A program made the position numbers and the translations under genes. DNA of 61,523 nt from an uncultured Clostridium sp. GTDB lineage: Bacteria > Bacillota > Clostridia > TANB77 > CAG-508. The stretch covers positions 1 to 61,523 of the forward strand of contig CAYMDN010000004.1 in NCBI GenBank assembly GCA_964389545.1, given 5' to 3'. How positions within the stretch are numbered: the first letter of the stretch is position 1; each line of letters starts with the position of its first letter. Below are positions 30,932 through 40,844 of the stretch, in pieces. A model generated the notes under the pieces. The model was not told the DNA's origin. It did no database searches and saw nothing but the letters and a program-made list of their open reading frames with translations.

Positions 30932-33028
30932 ATGATTATTTATACAGTTTTAAAAGATAGTAATGAAACTAATTATAAGAAAATTGTTGATGATGAAATA
31001 ATTATGCTTGGAAAATATTTATCATCTCAACGTGAAATTAAAAAATCAATCGCATCTTATAAGAAAAAAATATCTAAAATAGATAATTCTGCTCAAAAGC
31101 AAACTCTTTTATCACTTTTAGATACAGCCTCTTTACAAATTGAAATGGTTACAGAAGATTTAAATACACTAAACACTATTTTAATTGAGTCACCTGAGTT
31201 AACGAAAAAAGATGTTGATGAATATAATCGTTTATTAAAAAATGTAGAAAAAAATATTACGCTTGTAAATGATATGTTTCAAAGAGTTGTAACTTCTTGG
31301 GAATCAATTGCAGGCTCTTCTGTTGAGTCTGAAGAAGATTCTTCTGCTAAGACTGTTTCTGGAACAAAAAATACTGTCAATAAATCAAATACAGTTACGG
31401 AAGATGTTAAAGATACTACTGCAAAAGTTACTGCTCCATCAGAAAAAGCTAAATCAAAATCTACAAAAACTAAAACAACAACTACTACATCATCAAATAA
31501 AAGATTAGAAGTAATGCAAAAAGAAATGGCAAAAGTTGCTAAAGCAGAAAAACTTGCTAAAGAAAAAGAGCAAAAAGAAATAGCTAAAGCAAAAAAGCTT
31601 GCCAAAGAAGAAAAAGAAAGATTAGAGAAAGAAAAATTAGAAAAAGAACGTTTAGAACAAGAACGTCTTCAAAAAGAAAGATTAGAACAGGAAAGATTAG
31701 AAAGAGAAAAAATAGCTGAAGAAGCAAAGAAAAATATAGAAGCTAAACTAAAAGCTGCTCTCGTTCCTGTTATAGATGATGAACCAGAGCCAGAAACTCT
31801 TATTCAAGAGTTTAATGAACCTGAAGTAACAGTAGTTGAACCAGTAAAAGAAGTTGCAAAAACAGTTACTCCTACTACTCCACAATCTTCAACTGTAACT
31901 AGATTAAACCCTGAAACAATTGGTACAACTGAAAATTTAAAGAAACAAATTATGGCTTCTAAATTTATAGCTATGTCTCAAAATAGCTATCCTGAAAATA
32001 TTAAGCCAGTATCTACAGATACACCATCTTCTGATTTAATATGTAATTTTCCAAAATCTGAAGATGATATACTTTCTATAACAACTGTGCAAAATGAATA
32101 TTCTGTTTCTTTTAATAAAAGCGATGTTACAGTTTCTATAGAAAAAGAAAAATTTAATATTACTTTAAAAACTATTGGTGTGCAATTTTCTAATGGAAAT
32201 AAGGTATTATCTATATCTCGTGCTCCACTTGGATACTTTCTATCAACAAATTTAATTATGGATTTACCTGATTATTTAAATGTTGCAAAAGTAGATATAA
32301 AAAATAAATTTGTAAACCTTAATTTATTAAACCCTGAATTGTATATTTCTGTTAATAATAGTCAATTAACATTTTCTCAAAATCCTACAGCAACTACAGA
32401 AGTACAGCAAACAGTTATACCTACAACACCAACTGCTACTTTACCACAAGCTTCAACACCTATTACATTAATAAAAACTTCAAAACAACCCGAGAAAGAA
32501 AATGTTCCTACACCTACTCCTGTACAAGAAGAAGTAGTATTGCCTGAATCTGCTGATACATTTGTAAATGATAATGAGGAACCATTTGATCCAAAGGGAA
32601 ATTTATTAAGAGATAATAATACTTTAATAATATCTGAAGATGATGACCATATTGTATTACCCTATAAATTATCTGATGCAGAAAAAGCATTTAAAACTTC
32701 TAAGAAAAAATATTATTCTGTAGAGGACTTTATAGAAAACGAATATATTTTACCAATGAGTGCTTTTAGAAATCCAATAACTTCACGTTTTAGAGAAGCA
32801 TTTCAATTAATGAAGAAAAAGGAAAATGGTAATTTTAAGGAAGCTATAGATTTAGGTTTTGAACTTATGTTCCAATTCGATTTAAATCCTGCTATTATAG
32901 CGGCTTGTAAAAATCTTGAAGAGTTAGATATTTATCTTGATTGTTTAGATGATAATGAAGTGGACAAGTTTGATTGCTTTAATATTGAATACAGAACTCC
33001 ACCTTCAACAAAGAAAAAGAAAAAATAG
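30932..33028 (+). CDS. Hypothetical protein with coiled-coil and low-complexity segments
   Basis: 698-aa ORF, GAGGAG RBS, ERLEQ repeats, T/P-rich linkers, globular C-terminus. Confidence 0.75.
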   Translation: MIIYTVLKDSNETNYKKIVDDEIIMLGKYLSSQREIKKSIASYKKKISKIDNSAQKQTLLSLLDTASLQIEMVTEDLNTLNTILIESPELTKKDVDEYNRLLKNVEKNITLVNDMFQRVVTSWESIAGSSVESEEDSSAKTVSGTKNTVNKSNTVTEDVKDTTAKVTAPSEKAKSKSTKTKTTTTTSSNKRLEVMQKEMAKVAKAEKLAKEKEQKEIAKAKKLAKEEKERLEKEKLEKERLEQERLQKERLEQERLEREKIAEEAKKNIEAKLKAALVPVIDDEPEPETLIQEFNEPEVTVVEPVKEVAKTVTPTTPQSSTVTRLNPETIGTTENLKKQIMASKFIAMSQNSYPENIKPVSTDTPSSDLICNFPKSEDDILSITTVQNEYSVSFNKSDVTVSIEKEKFNITLKTIGVQFSNGNKVLSISRAPLGYFLSTNLIMDLPDYLNVAKVDIKNKFVNLNLLNPELYISVNNSQLTFSQNPTATTEVQQTVIPTTPTATLPQASTPITLIKTSKQPEKENVPTPTPVQEEVVLPESADTFVNDNEEPFDPKGNLLRDNNTLIISEDDDHIVLPYKLSDAEKAFKTSKKKYYSVEDFIENEYILPMSAFRNPITSRFREAFQLMKKKENGNFKEAIDLGFELMFQFDLNPAIIAACKNLEELDIYLDCLDDNEVDKFDCFNIEYRTPPSTKKKKK

Positions 33029-33061
33029 ATAAAAGTTGTAAAACTTTTATCTATTTTTTTT
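33021..33061. terminator. Bidirectional terminator
   Basis: aaaaatagataaaagtt-gtaa-aacttttatctattttt. Confidence 0.75.
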
Positions 33062-33635
33062 ATCGTATTCTTCTCTTACTTTTGTTCTATGTTCTTTCTT
33101 TTTGTTTAATTTGTTATTCGAAAAATATATTGCTAATACTAATAGAATTGCAATAGCAATAGCCGATTTTGTTTGTAATAGCATTGCTATATACCCTACT
33201 TTTGGTATATTTTTTACACATACTCCTTCAATCTCATCAAATGTTACTCTTTTGCTATCTATAGTATTATTGGCATCACCTTTGGTTACATATAATTTCC
33301 CTTCTATACTTGGAATTATTTCGATTATTCTGTGTGTTATTGTTTCTCCTTCTGTTGTAAATGATATTATGTCTCCCTCTTTTAATTTAGACTCTTCGAC
33401 TGTTTTGATTATTACAATATCATATACATGAATGTTTGGTTCCATACTACCTGATATAATGCAAAAGGTTTTATATCCAAATATCCCTGTTGTTTTACCA
33501 TTTGATGTTCGAGATTGTATTAATAGTATTGTTTCTGAAATTAGTATTAATATTAAAAATATGTATAATAAACTTATACATATTTTTTTTATTATTTTTA
33601 ATTTTCCTCCGTATTTTAGTATATGGGTCGTCCAT
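33047..33635 (-). CDS. sipW: SipW-type signal peptidase I, 195 aa if joined by a +1 shift at CGG 33611-33609
   Basis: GAAAGGA RBS and ATG 33635 give MDDPYTKI-CGG; the +1 frame gives GGKLKII..TM helix..IISGSMEP..ITHRI..TKGDAN. Confidence 0.85.
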
Positions 33636-33657
33636 TGTTTTCCTTTCGATTAAAAAA

Positions 33658-35259
33658 CTAGTCTTGTATTTCTATTTTATCTAATAATTTATTGGCTTTT
33701 AATAGATAATCCATATCTTCTAATATTACGCCACTTTTTTCTAGATAATATCCATTTTTTATTACTTTTACCATACCTTCTAGTTTTTCTATATTGTCTT
33801 CCTCAAAATCTTCTTTATTTATATTTATATTAAATAGTTTGTACTTATCTTTTATCATTATTGTTACACTTCTCTCATCTGTTATAGTAATACTATCTAA
33901 TACCGTTATATTCGTACCTGTTATAAATTTTCTAAGTTCAACTATTTTACTGTTTATCTCGTTTTCTGGTATGTCTTTAAATTCACTTATAATTGTTTCT
34001 ACAAGGAATGTATAATATCCACTTACAAGATATAACGCATCATAAATAGTTGAGTTTGATGTTAATTCTGTTGAAATCTTTTCTTTTACTTTATCTATAT
34101 CTATTTTTCTGTATAGATTACGTATGTCTAATATTTTTGTATTTATTTCTGTTGCAAGGTTCTTTATATCTTCTTCGCTATTTTTTACAAATAGCCCACC
34201 TTTAATAGCTTTTTCGTATTTTTTGTTTAGTTTAAATAATAACGCTTCTTCTCTTTGAATATCTTTCTTTTCTGTTTCGTATATATTTTTGTATTCCTCT
34301 TTATTTTGATATATTTTCATAATTCTATCTAAAATAAATTTAAATGACATATATTTTTGATATTCATCTAATGATTTAGATAGTTTTAAAATATTTTCTG
34401 TTATTTCTGTTAATTGTCTTTCTGAATATTCTTCCATAGGTCTTGTTAGTAGACTTGCATATTGTTTTTCTACATTTTTTTGTTGTAGTTCGTTAACATC
34501 TAGTTCTTTGTTAACAAATTTATCTACCATATTCTTTTTATCTATTAATTCTAATTCTTTTAATTCTTCTATTAATGATGAATATTTTTTTAAGAAGTTA
34601 CTTTCAGTTAATCCTAAGTCGTTTATTCTTCTCTTATCTTCTGATTCATAATACTTATCTATTGTTTTTTTGTTTTTTAAATATAAATATCTTATATTTA
34701 ATTCTATATGTATAATTAAATCTGAACAATCCCAATATATTTTTTCGAATGCGTCTTTTATTTCTGCTGTGTTTACATTTCCGCTTTTATATGCTACTAG
34801 GAACTTTTCCATATATTTATATACAAATGGGCTATAATTAAAGTCTTCTGGTGTTAATATTACTCCTGCTCTCTCAAATGCATCTATACATCCAGCTATA
34901 TCGTTGTTAATTTGCTCTAGACTTTTTTTATAGAAGGTACGTAATCTAAATATGTTTTCATCTATTTTCATTTTTTCGTATGATGTTCTTACTTCGAAAA
35001 AGAAATCTAGTTTTTCAAGTTTAGCTATTCTATCTTTTAATTCTTGAATTTTAGTATTTTGTGTTACAGAGTTTATTCTATTAACACGTCTTCTAATTTC
35101 CATAACTACATCATCTTGGTATGATTTATAGTTAGTGCGTATTTCTTCTACTTTTGTTGTAAATGCCTCTACATTTTTTTTGTTGTTACGTGGCATTACT
35201 GATAAAATTTCTTTATCTATTTGTATTTTATTTTTTAAAATATCTCTTGAATCTCCCAT
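33658..35259 (-). CDS. Hypothetical helical/coiled-coil protein
   Basis: 533-aa ORF, GAGGTG RBS, TAATG-coupled to an upstream small ORF. Confidence 0.75.
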   Translation of the reverse strand: MGDSRDILKNKIQIDKEILSVMPRNNKKNVEAFTTKVEEIRTNYKSYQDDVVMEIRRRVNRINSVTQNTKIQELKDRIAKLEKLDFFFEVRTSYEKMKIDENIFRLRTFYKKSLEQINNDIAGCIDAFERAGVILTPEDFNYSPFVYKYMEKFLVAYKSGNVNTAEIKDAFEKIYWDCSDLIIHIELNIRYLYLKNKKTIDKYYESEDKRRINDLGLTESNFLKKYSSLIEELKELELIDKKNMVDKFVNKELDVNELQQKNVEKQYASLLTRPMEEYSERQLTEITENILKLSKSLDEYQKYMSFKFILDRIMKIYQNKEEYKNIYETEKKDIQREEALLFKLNKKYEKAIKGGLFVKNSEEDIKNLATEINTKILDIRNLYRKIDIDKVKEKISTELTSNSTIYDALYLVSGYYTFLVETIISEFKDIPENEINSKIVELRKFITGTNITVLDSITITDERSVTIMIKDKYKLFNININKEDFEEDNIEKLEGMVKVIKNGYYLEKSGVILEDMDYLLKANKLLDKIEIQD

Positions 35260-35381
35260 TATTTCTTTTTCACCTCTTCTAATTCAGTATTTAAAAAATC
35301 TAAGAATTCTTGTAACTCATCATATAGTTCTAATACATCATCACCACTAATTTTGTTTAGATTAATTTCTTCTATAATCAT
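35259..35381 (-). CDS. Small acidic protein (40 aa, not in the ORF track)
   Basis: AAAGGGA RBS; MIIEEINLNKISGDDVLELYDELQEFLDFLNTELEEVKKK; TAATG overlap with the next gene. Confidence 0.65.
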   Translation of the reverse strand: MIIEEINLNKISGDDVLELYDELQEFLDFLNTELEEVKKK

Positions 35382-35477
35382 ATTTATCCCTTTCTTTCGC
35401 ATATATTTTATATGACTATTATATTAGAAAAACACTTTTCTGTCTATATATTTTATAATATATTTTTACTTTTTTAT

Positions 35478-35512
35478 GATAAAAGACATTGTTATTTACA
35501 ATGTCTTTTATC
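35478..35512 (-). terminator. Intrinsic terminator
   Basis: gataaaagacattgt-tattt-acaatgtcttttatc. Confidence 0.75.
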
Positions 35513-35539
35513 TTTTATATAATTAACTCTAATTAACTA

Positions 35540-36628
35540 TTAGTCACCTGTTCCAGGTTCTGTATCTCTTGCAGGTTTTGTCATGTTTAATACTACATTT
35601 AAATTTTGTCCTTGTGATGCTACGTCAACACAATCTGGATCTTGCCCTTCTAACCAAATGTATACTCTTGCTTTTGTTATTTTATTTCCAGCTAAAGTTA
35701 CAGCTGCTCCATTTATATCTGTCATTGCTAAAGCAGTATTTGTAATTTTTCCTGCTGTTTTCATTGTTTTTGTTGGTTCGAAATTATCAGCTTCACCACC
35801 AGCAGTTGTAACATCTGTTACTGATTTTGCATTTATAGCTTTTACTATTTGAGTTGGTGTTCCACCTATATCTTCTTCTGTTGTTTCAATACCTTGTAAT
35901 GCTAATGTTGTAAATGAATCTGCTAATTCTTCATTTAATTTTTCTATTCTATCATCGTTATCTACTATCATTTGAATATGTTTACCAGCATTTGGTTCCC
36001 AAATAACTGAAACTGGTGATCCTGCTTGTAAACCACGAATATTCTCTGGTGCTGTAGTATAATCTGCTGTGTTAGAATAAATTAATAATCCAATCCTTGC
36101 ACTATACATTAAACCTGTTATAGCGTCACCTGTTGTAGCATCTGTCATACCATTTTTAATTTCTTCTACTAAAGATCCTATATTTAATTGTAATGGATCT
36201 GATTCACCACTTGATGAATTTTTAAAATATAAATCAAATGCTATCATTCCTGATTCATTTTCGCTAGCATTTGTTAAATATGTTCCATCTCCACTAACAT
36301 CTCCAGCATAAAATACGAAATCTCCTGCATCTTCTTGACCTGTTGTTGATACTGGATTTAAAGTCTCTGGCCAATTATGATTATTTTTTGTTCCTAATGC
36401 ATCTAATTTTTCCTTGCTAATATCTATTGTATTAGACCATTTTTCTGCATCTAATGAAATTTGTAAACCTTCAGCTGCTGCTACTTTTGCTTTTAAACCT
36501 GTGATGCTAACTTCTTTGTTAGATGAAAACCATGCGTATGTTGAGAAAATTAATAACATGGCTGTCAATACTAACATCATTAATAATGAGTTTAATCTTT
36601 TTTTACTATTTCTACCTCTTCTACTCAT
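35540..36628 (-). CDS. Secreted protein with a SipW-class signal peptide (TasA/camelysin-like, candidate major fibre subunit)
   Basis: Basic N-region, H-region, STYAWF cleavage motif; C-terminal VYIWLEGQDPDC. Confidence 0.7.
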   Translation of the reverse strand: MSRRGRNSKKRLNSLLMMLVLTAMLLIFSTYAWFSSNKEVSITGLKAKVAAAEGLQISLDAEKWSNTIDISKEKLDALGTKNNHNWPETLNPVSTTGQEDAGDFVFYAGDVSGDGTYLTNASENESGMIAFDLYFKNSSSGESDPLQLNIGSLVEEIKNGMTDATTGDAITGLMYSARIGLLIYSNTADYTTAPENIRGLQAGSPVSVIWEPNAGKHIQMIVDNDDRIEKLNEELADSFTTLALQGIETTEEDIGGTPTQIVKAINAKSVTDVTTAGGEADNFEPTKTMKTAGKITNTALAMTDINGAAVTLAGNKITKARVYIWLEGQDPDCVDVASQGQNLNVVLNMTKPARDTEPGTGD

Positions 36629-36651
36629 TTTTCATTTCTCCTTTTCTTTTT

Positions 36652-37364
36652 TTAATCTTGTGCAATATGTTGTTCCATGATTTCCATATGCATTTTCATC
36701 TCGCCACCAATGAGATCATCAATGCAATCTGGATCATCACCTTCAATCCATATTACAATAGTACACTTATCTACCTCCCCTGATTCAATACCAAGTCTAT
36801 TTTCGACCGCTATTTTTTCAGCTGAGAAAAATTCTTTTGTACCTATCTCGGGTTCATTAGTTGTACTGTTTAATTTTGCATATACTGTCTTTTCATCATT
36901 TAAAAATATCATTACTCGCAGAGCTTCATCAACATTTTTAATAACATCATCTAGAATAAGCTCATACCAATAATTCATTTTTTCATCACTTGTATTTTCT
37001 ATGTAGAAGGTATATGCTATATAACTATAGCCATTATGTCCTCCTTCTGCTTCATTATGAATATTCTTTGGTATCCAGTCCTGAGATATGTTAGTAAAAT
37101 AATCAATTTGTTCTGCTTCTAATTTGTGTTTAGGATCTCGTTCATCAGCATGTTCATAAATTATAAGTCCTGCTGTTGGGTCACCCGCACTTGCTAATAC
37201 AATTGTAAACTTACCAGCATCATACATTATTCTTAATAAGTAATAAATTACAATTAAAAATACTGACATAATTACTAGGATGCGTCTTACTTGTATTATT
37301 CTAAGGGGTTTCTTGAGACTGTTGTTATTTAATTGCTTTTCACTTTTGTTTTTTTTTTTAACAT
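36652..37364 (-). CDS. Membrane-anchored TasA-like protein whose N-terminus is out of frame across an A11 run
   Basis: Shares IWIEGDDPDC with the downstream gene; frame is open upstream of ATG 37269 to the poly-A; ATG 37364 is in frame only with A12 or A9. Confidence 0.6.
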
Positions 37365-37613
37365 GTGACTAAATCTCAACTCCTAAATCATTTTAGACGA
37401 TTGAAAACAATATATATCCTTTTCATGTATATATATTACCATATGTTTATAACGAATACAATTACAGAAACATTGCTTTTTTGTTGCATTAGTTTCCATT
37501 TTGTAATATTTTGGTTTTTATTGTTATTTTGATGAAACATTGTAATATTTTTGTAATTTTCGCGTAATATTTCGGTGTGTTATTTGACTTTTTTGTAATA
37601 TTTTTTTGTTTTA

Positions 37614-38381
37614 TTGTTTTTTGAATATATATATGTTATTTATTATATATATGGAGGTATTATGGAGAATTTAAATCATAAAAAAGCCCTTTTAGTCCTC
37701 CTACTCGTATGGCTTGTTGTTACTTTTGCTTTAATTAGAGCTACATATGCAAAGTACATTACAAGTTTAGGAGCTAATGCTGATATTACACTTTCTTCAT
37801 GGAAACTCTCTGTAAATGATATAGATATTTTAGAACAAAAAGAATTTACAGAAAACTTTAAATTAGTATTTCCAGAATCTGAATATTCTGTTGAAGGAGT
37901 TATAGTTCCAGGTGCAATTGGTTATTTTGATATTGATGTCGACTCAACTGGTACTAATGTCCCATTTAGAACAACTATAAAATCAGAAATTACAATTAGT
38001 GAAAAAGTCGATATGAATTTTATAGTTACAGATTATTCTATTAATGGTTCTGATGAAAAAAACTTAATTACTAATCCTTATGATGGTTTGACTGAAGCAC
38101 CTTCTGCTCCTTTACCTTTTACAATAACAAATATTGTAAAAAAGGATGATACTTATACATCTTATAGAGTATATTTAACTTGGATTGATAGATCTGCAGA
38201 GGAAGGTAATGCAAGTTTAGGTTATATTGGTGATATGCTTAATTTAAAAGTTACAGTTACATTTGAACAAATTGTTTTAGATGAAGACACTTCAAACACA
38301 GAAGAAAATGTTATTATAACAGATGAGGGCTCAGAAAATTCGAGTACAGAGGAAAACACTATTGATAATATAACAGACTAA
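37614..38381 (+). CDS. Secreted protein with a SipW-class signal peptide
   Basis: ATYAKY motif, IVPGAIGYFDIDVD; likely start is the Met of MENLN after GGAGG. Confidence 0.7.
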   Translation: MFFEYIYVIYYIYGGIMENLNHKKALLVLLLVWLVVTFALIRATYAKYITSLGANADITLSSWKLSVNDIDILEQKEFTENFKLVFPESEYSVEGVIVPGAIGYFDIDVDSTGTNVPFRTTIKSEITISEKVDMNFIVTDYSINGSDEKNLITNPYDGLTEAPSAPLPFTITNIVKKDDTYTSYRVYLTWIDRSAEEGNASLGYIGDMLNLKVTVTFEQIVLDEDTSNTEENVIITDEGSENSSTEENTIDNITD

Positions 38382-38420
38382 AAAAAATCGCTTCAATTAT
38401 TCTATTGAAGTGATTTTTTT
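38381..38420. terminator. Bidirectional terminator
   Basis: aaaaaaatcgcttcaat-tattct-attgaagtgattttttt. Confidence 0.75.
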
Positions 38421-39060
38421 AGTCTTTTTTCTGTGATGCAGTAAGTTTAATTATTGCATTAATTGCACTCATATCTGGATGTTCTTGATAAAATTCATAA
38501 CTTTTCGTTCCATATTCTGTATCTGTTGCATCTTCTCCTTCATAATCCCAATTGAAAGTTATTTCTATTGTTCCAGTTTCATTAGGTGCTAGTTCTACTT
38601 TTGGAATAGTTACCTCCAGTTTAAAAGGATAGTTATTATTTAGTCTTTCTACCATTTCTACATGCTTTATTACGGTTTTCCCAGATCCCAAAGCTTCTAT
38701 ATTTTGTTCATTAGTAAATTCATCGTTAATTGCAAATTCGTGGTCTAATATTCTAATTGTAGCATATTTATAGCTTAAAACTGCTGTTTTATCCCCTAAG
38801 TTTCTAACTGTTAGAACTCTTTTTTCTTCTTTCATTCCTGGATATGCTGCATCAATATTAAATTCAAGTTCTTTATCTATTGTTTCTTTATCAAACTCAA
38901 AACTAACATTCCACGACTCAACATGTGCTTGTATGTTTGTGGTAACTTGTGTTACATATAAGAACCATGCATAAGCATTAAATATTAATGTTATTGAAAG
39001 CATAAAAACTGTTCGTAACTTAAGTTTCCTTAGCTTTCTCCTTTCTCCTCTTTTTTTCAT
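38419..39060 (-). CDS. Secreted protein with a SipW-class signal peptide
   Basis: Basic N-region, NAYAWF motif, AYPGM..LTVRNLG as in TasA/camelysin-like proteins. Confidence 0.7.
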   Translation of the reverse strand: MKKRGERRKLRKLKLRTVFMLSITLIFNAYAWFLYVTQVTTNIQAHVESWNVSFEFDKETIDKELEFNIDAAYPGMKEEKRVLTVRNLGDKTAVLSYKYATIRILDHEFAINDEFTNEQNIEALGSGKTVIKHVEMVERLNNNYPFKLEVTIPKVELAPNETGTIEITFNWDYEGEDATDTEYGTKSYEFYQEHPDMSAINAIIKLTASQKKD

Positions 39061-39086
39061 CTTAGTATCCCTCTCAATATTTTTTA

Positions 39087-39692
39087 TTATCTTCTGCGTC
39101 TTGATCTTCTATTTCTTCTTCTATTTGATCTACTGCTGTTCTCTCCATCTTTTTCGTCAAATTCTTCTTCTATTTCTTTTTTGTCTTCTCTAAATGCTCT
39201 AATTTCTGAAAAGAAAATTATTGCTATTGGAATAAATATTAAAAAGAACATTCCAAATGAGTTATTTATAATTCCATTTAACCATGACATTATCCTTAAC
39301 TTTGACTTTACAACTCCATATATTTGATCTTGTCCAACTAATGGATCTTCCTTTGGATTTGCAATACCTTGTGTATGAAAGTTTAATCCTCCATCTTCTG
39401 CATTTTCAATTCCTATAACCCTGTGAGTTACAAACTTTCCTGCATAGGTATCTACTTTTCCTAAATATGTAACATCATCTCCGACCTGAATATCTGATTT
39501 ATCCTTTTCTGTACATAGTATTACGTCTCCAACCATATATTCAGGTACCATACTTTCTGTAACTATGGTGAATATCCTTATTCCACCTATTGTTTTTTCG
39601 TTATTTGTAACTTTTTGTATAACAACTATTGCTACAAACAGCAATATTATTACTACTATAATTCCTTTTAAGATTTTAAAAACTGTTTTCAT
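39087..39692 (-). CDS. sipW: SipW-type signal peptidase I
   Basis: VTESMVP, GDVI, VTHRV, TQGIAN..D, two TM helices. Confidence 0.85.
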   Translation of the reverse strand: MKTVFKILKGIIVVIILLFVAIVVIQKVTNNEKTIGGIRIFTIVTESMVPEYMVGDVILCTEKDKSDIQVGDDVTYLGKVDTYAGKFVTHRVIGIENAEDGGLNFHTQGIANPKEDPLVGQDQIYGVVKSKLRIMSWLNGIINNSFGMFFLIFIPIAIIFFSEIRAFREDKKEIEEEFDEKDGENSSRSNRRRNRRSRRRR

Positions 39693-39712
39693 ACTTTCTT
39701 CCTTTGCTATCG

Positions 39713-40813
39713 CTAAAATTTAATATTGTTAACTTGTGATAAATATTTATCAAGATATTTTCTAAATATTTTCTCAATATCTTTTTTAGATGAGAATTTA
39801 ACTTTTTTAACATAGTCGAATTGTCTTCCTAGTTTATCTAATAATTGTTGTAATGTCATATCTGGGTTTAATTCTATAATTTTATCTAATAAGTCGTTTG
39901 TCATTCTTTCTTTTGTTTTGTCTATGTCTTCCTTAGAATCTTTTTTTGACAAAGTGTCTATTGTTAAATAGTCTAATAAAAATGTTTCATCTACATATTT
40001 TTTTATACGTGCTTCTGTGTAATAATCTTTCTTTTCATCTATTGCATCACCTTTTATAAGCATATGAATATGTATATAATCCCATAATTTCATTGCATAT
40101 TGAAAGTCTGTGTTCTTTAAAATTACGTTTGTCTTTTTTATTGGGTTTGTAACGTGTGGGACTCCTTCATTTTCTAATGCTTTATACATTTCTGTAAATT
40201 GTAATCCTCTTACATTTTTGTTTAGTGTATCTATTCTTTGCTCATAGTGAGGGTCCTTATTTAAGGGTACATCTAACATTGTTTGTAGTGTTATTGTTGC
40301 ATTAATATTTTCATCTCCAAGTTTTGTTTTGCCAACATAACTAAATGATTTATTGTCTACCAATCTTGGATCTTCTTTTGCTATATTGGATTTTTGTTTT
40401 ATAAACTGCAACATATAAAATATTAATGTATATATAAATCTATTTTCATATGTGTTAAATGTTTCTTCTTTAAATACATTTAGTATTTTTGATGGGATGA
40501 TATCTCCATTTTCATCTATATCTTGTACTAGGTTTGTGTGTTTTGCTAAGTGCTTTATGCTTTCTACCCCTGTTTTTTTACTTGCTTCTATTTTTACTAT
40601 TTCTTCTTCTGTTGTAATGAATTTTTTGGGGTTTCTGCATATTTTTTCTAGATGTTCCATTGTTTCTTCGAAGATGTCTAACCAATCTTCATCAAAGTAA
40701 TCTTTGTGATATTCTGTTTTTACTCTCATTTTAGAATTTGTTTTGTCGAAGAATGTATCAACAGATTTTTCATCCACATTGTATACTAAGTCTGGTGCTT
40801 CTAATTCTCTCAT
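39713..40813 (-). CDS. DUF2357-like protein (partner of McrB-like ATPases)
   Basis: ETFNTYENRFIYTL motif; adjacent to the McrB-like ATPase. Confidence 0.65.
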   Translation of the reverse strand: MRELEAPDLVYNVDEKSVDTFFDKTNSKMRVKTEYHKDYFDEDWLDIFEETMEHLEKICRNPKKFITTEEEIVKIEASKKTGVESIKHLAKHTNLVQDIDENGDIIPSKILNVFKEETFNTYENRFIYTLIFYMLQFIKQKSNIAKEDPRLVDNKSFSYVGKTKLGDENINATITLQTMLDVPLNKDPHYEQRIDTLNKNVRGLQFTEMYKALENEGVPHVTNPIKKTNVILKNTDFQYAMKLWDYIHIHMLIKGDAIDEKKDYYTEARIKKYVDETFLLDYLTIDTLSKKDSKEDIDKTKERMTNDLLDKIIELNPDMTLQQLLDKLGRQFDYVKKVKFSSKKDIEKIFRKYLDKYLSQVNNIKF

Positions 40814-40844
40814 ATTATCTCCTTTTGTTATTTATTCACATCAA

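Noticed and set aside
31600-31710. Short tandem DNA repeats (gaaagattagaa-like)
   Set aside because: They encode an ERLEQ/ERLEK coiled coil; no spacers, so not a CRISPR array
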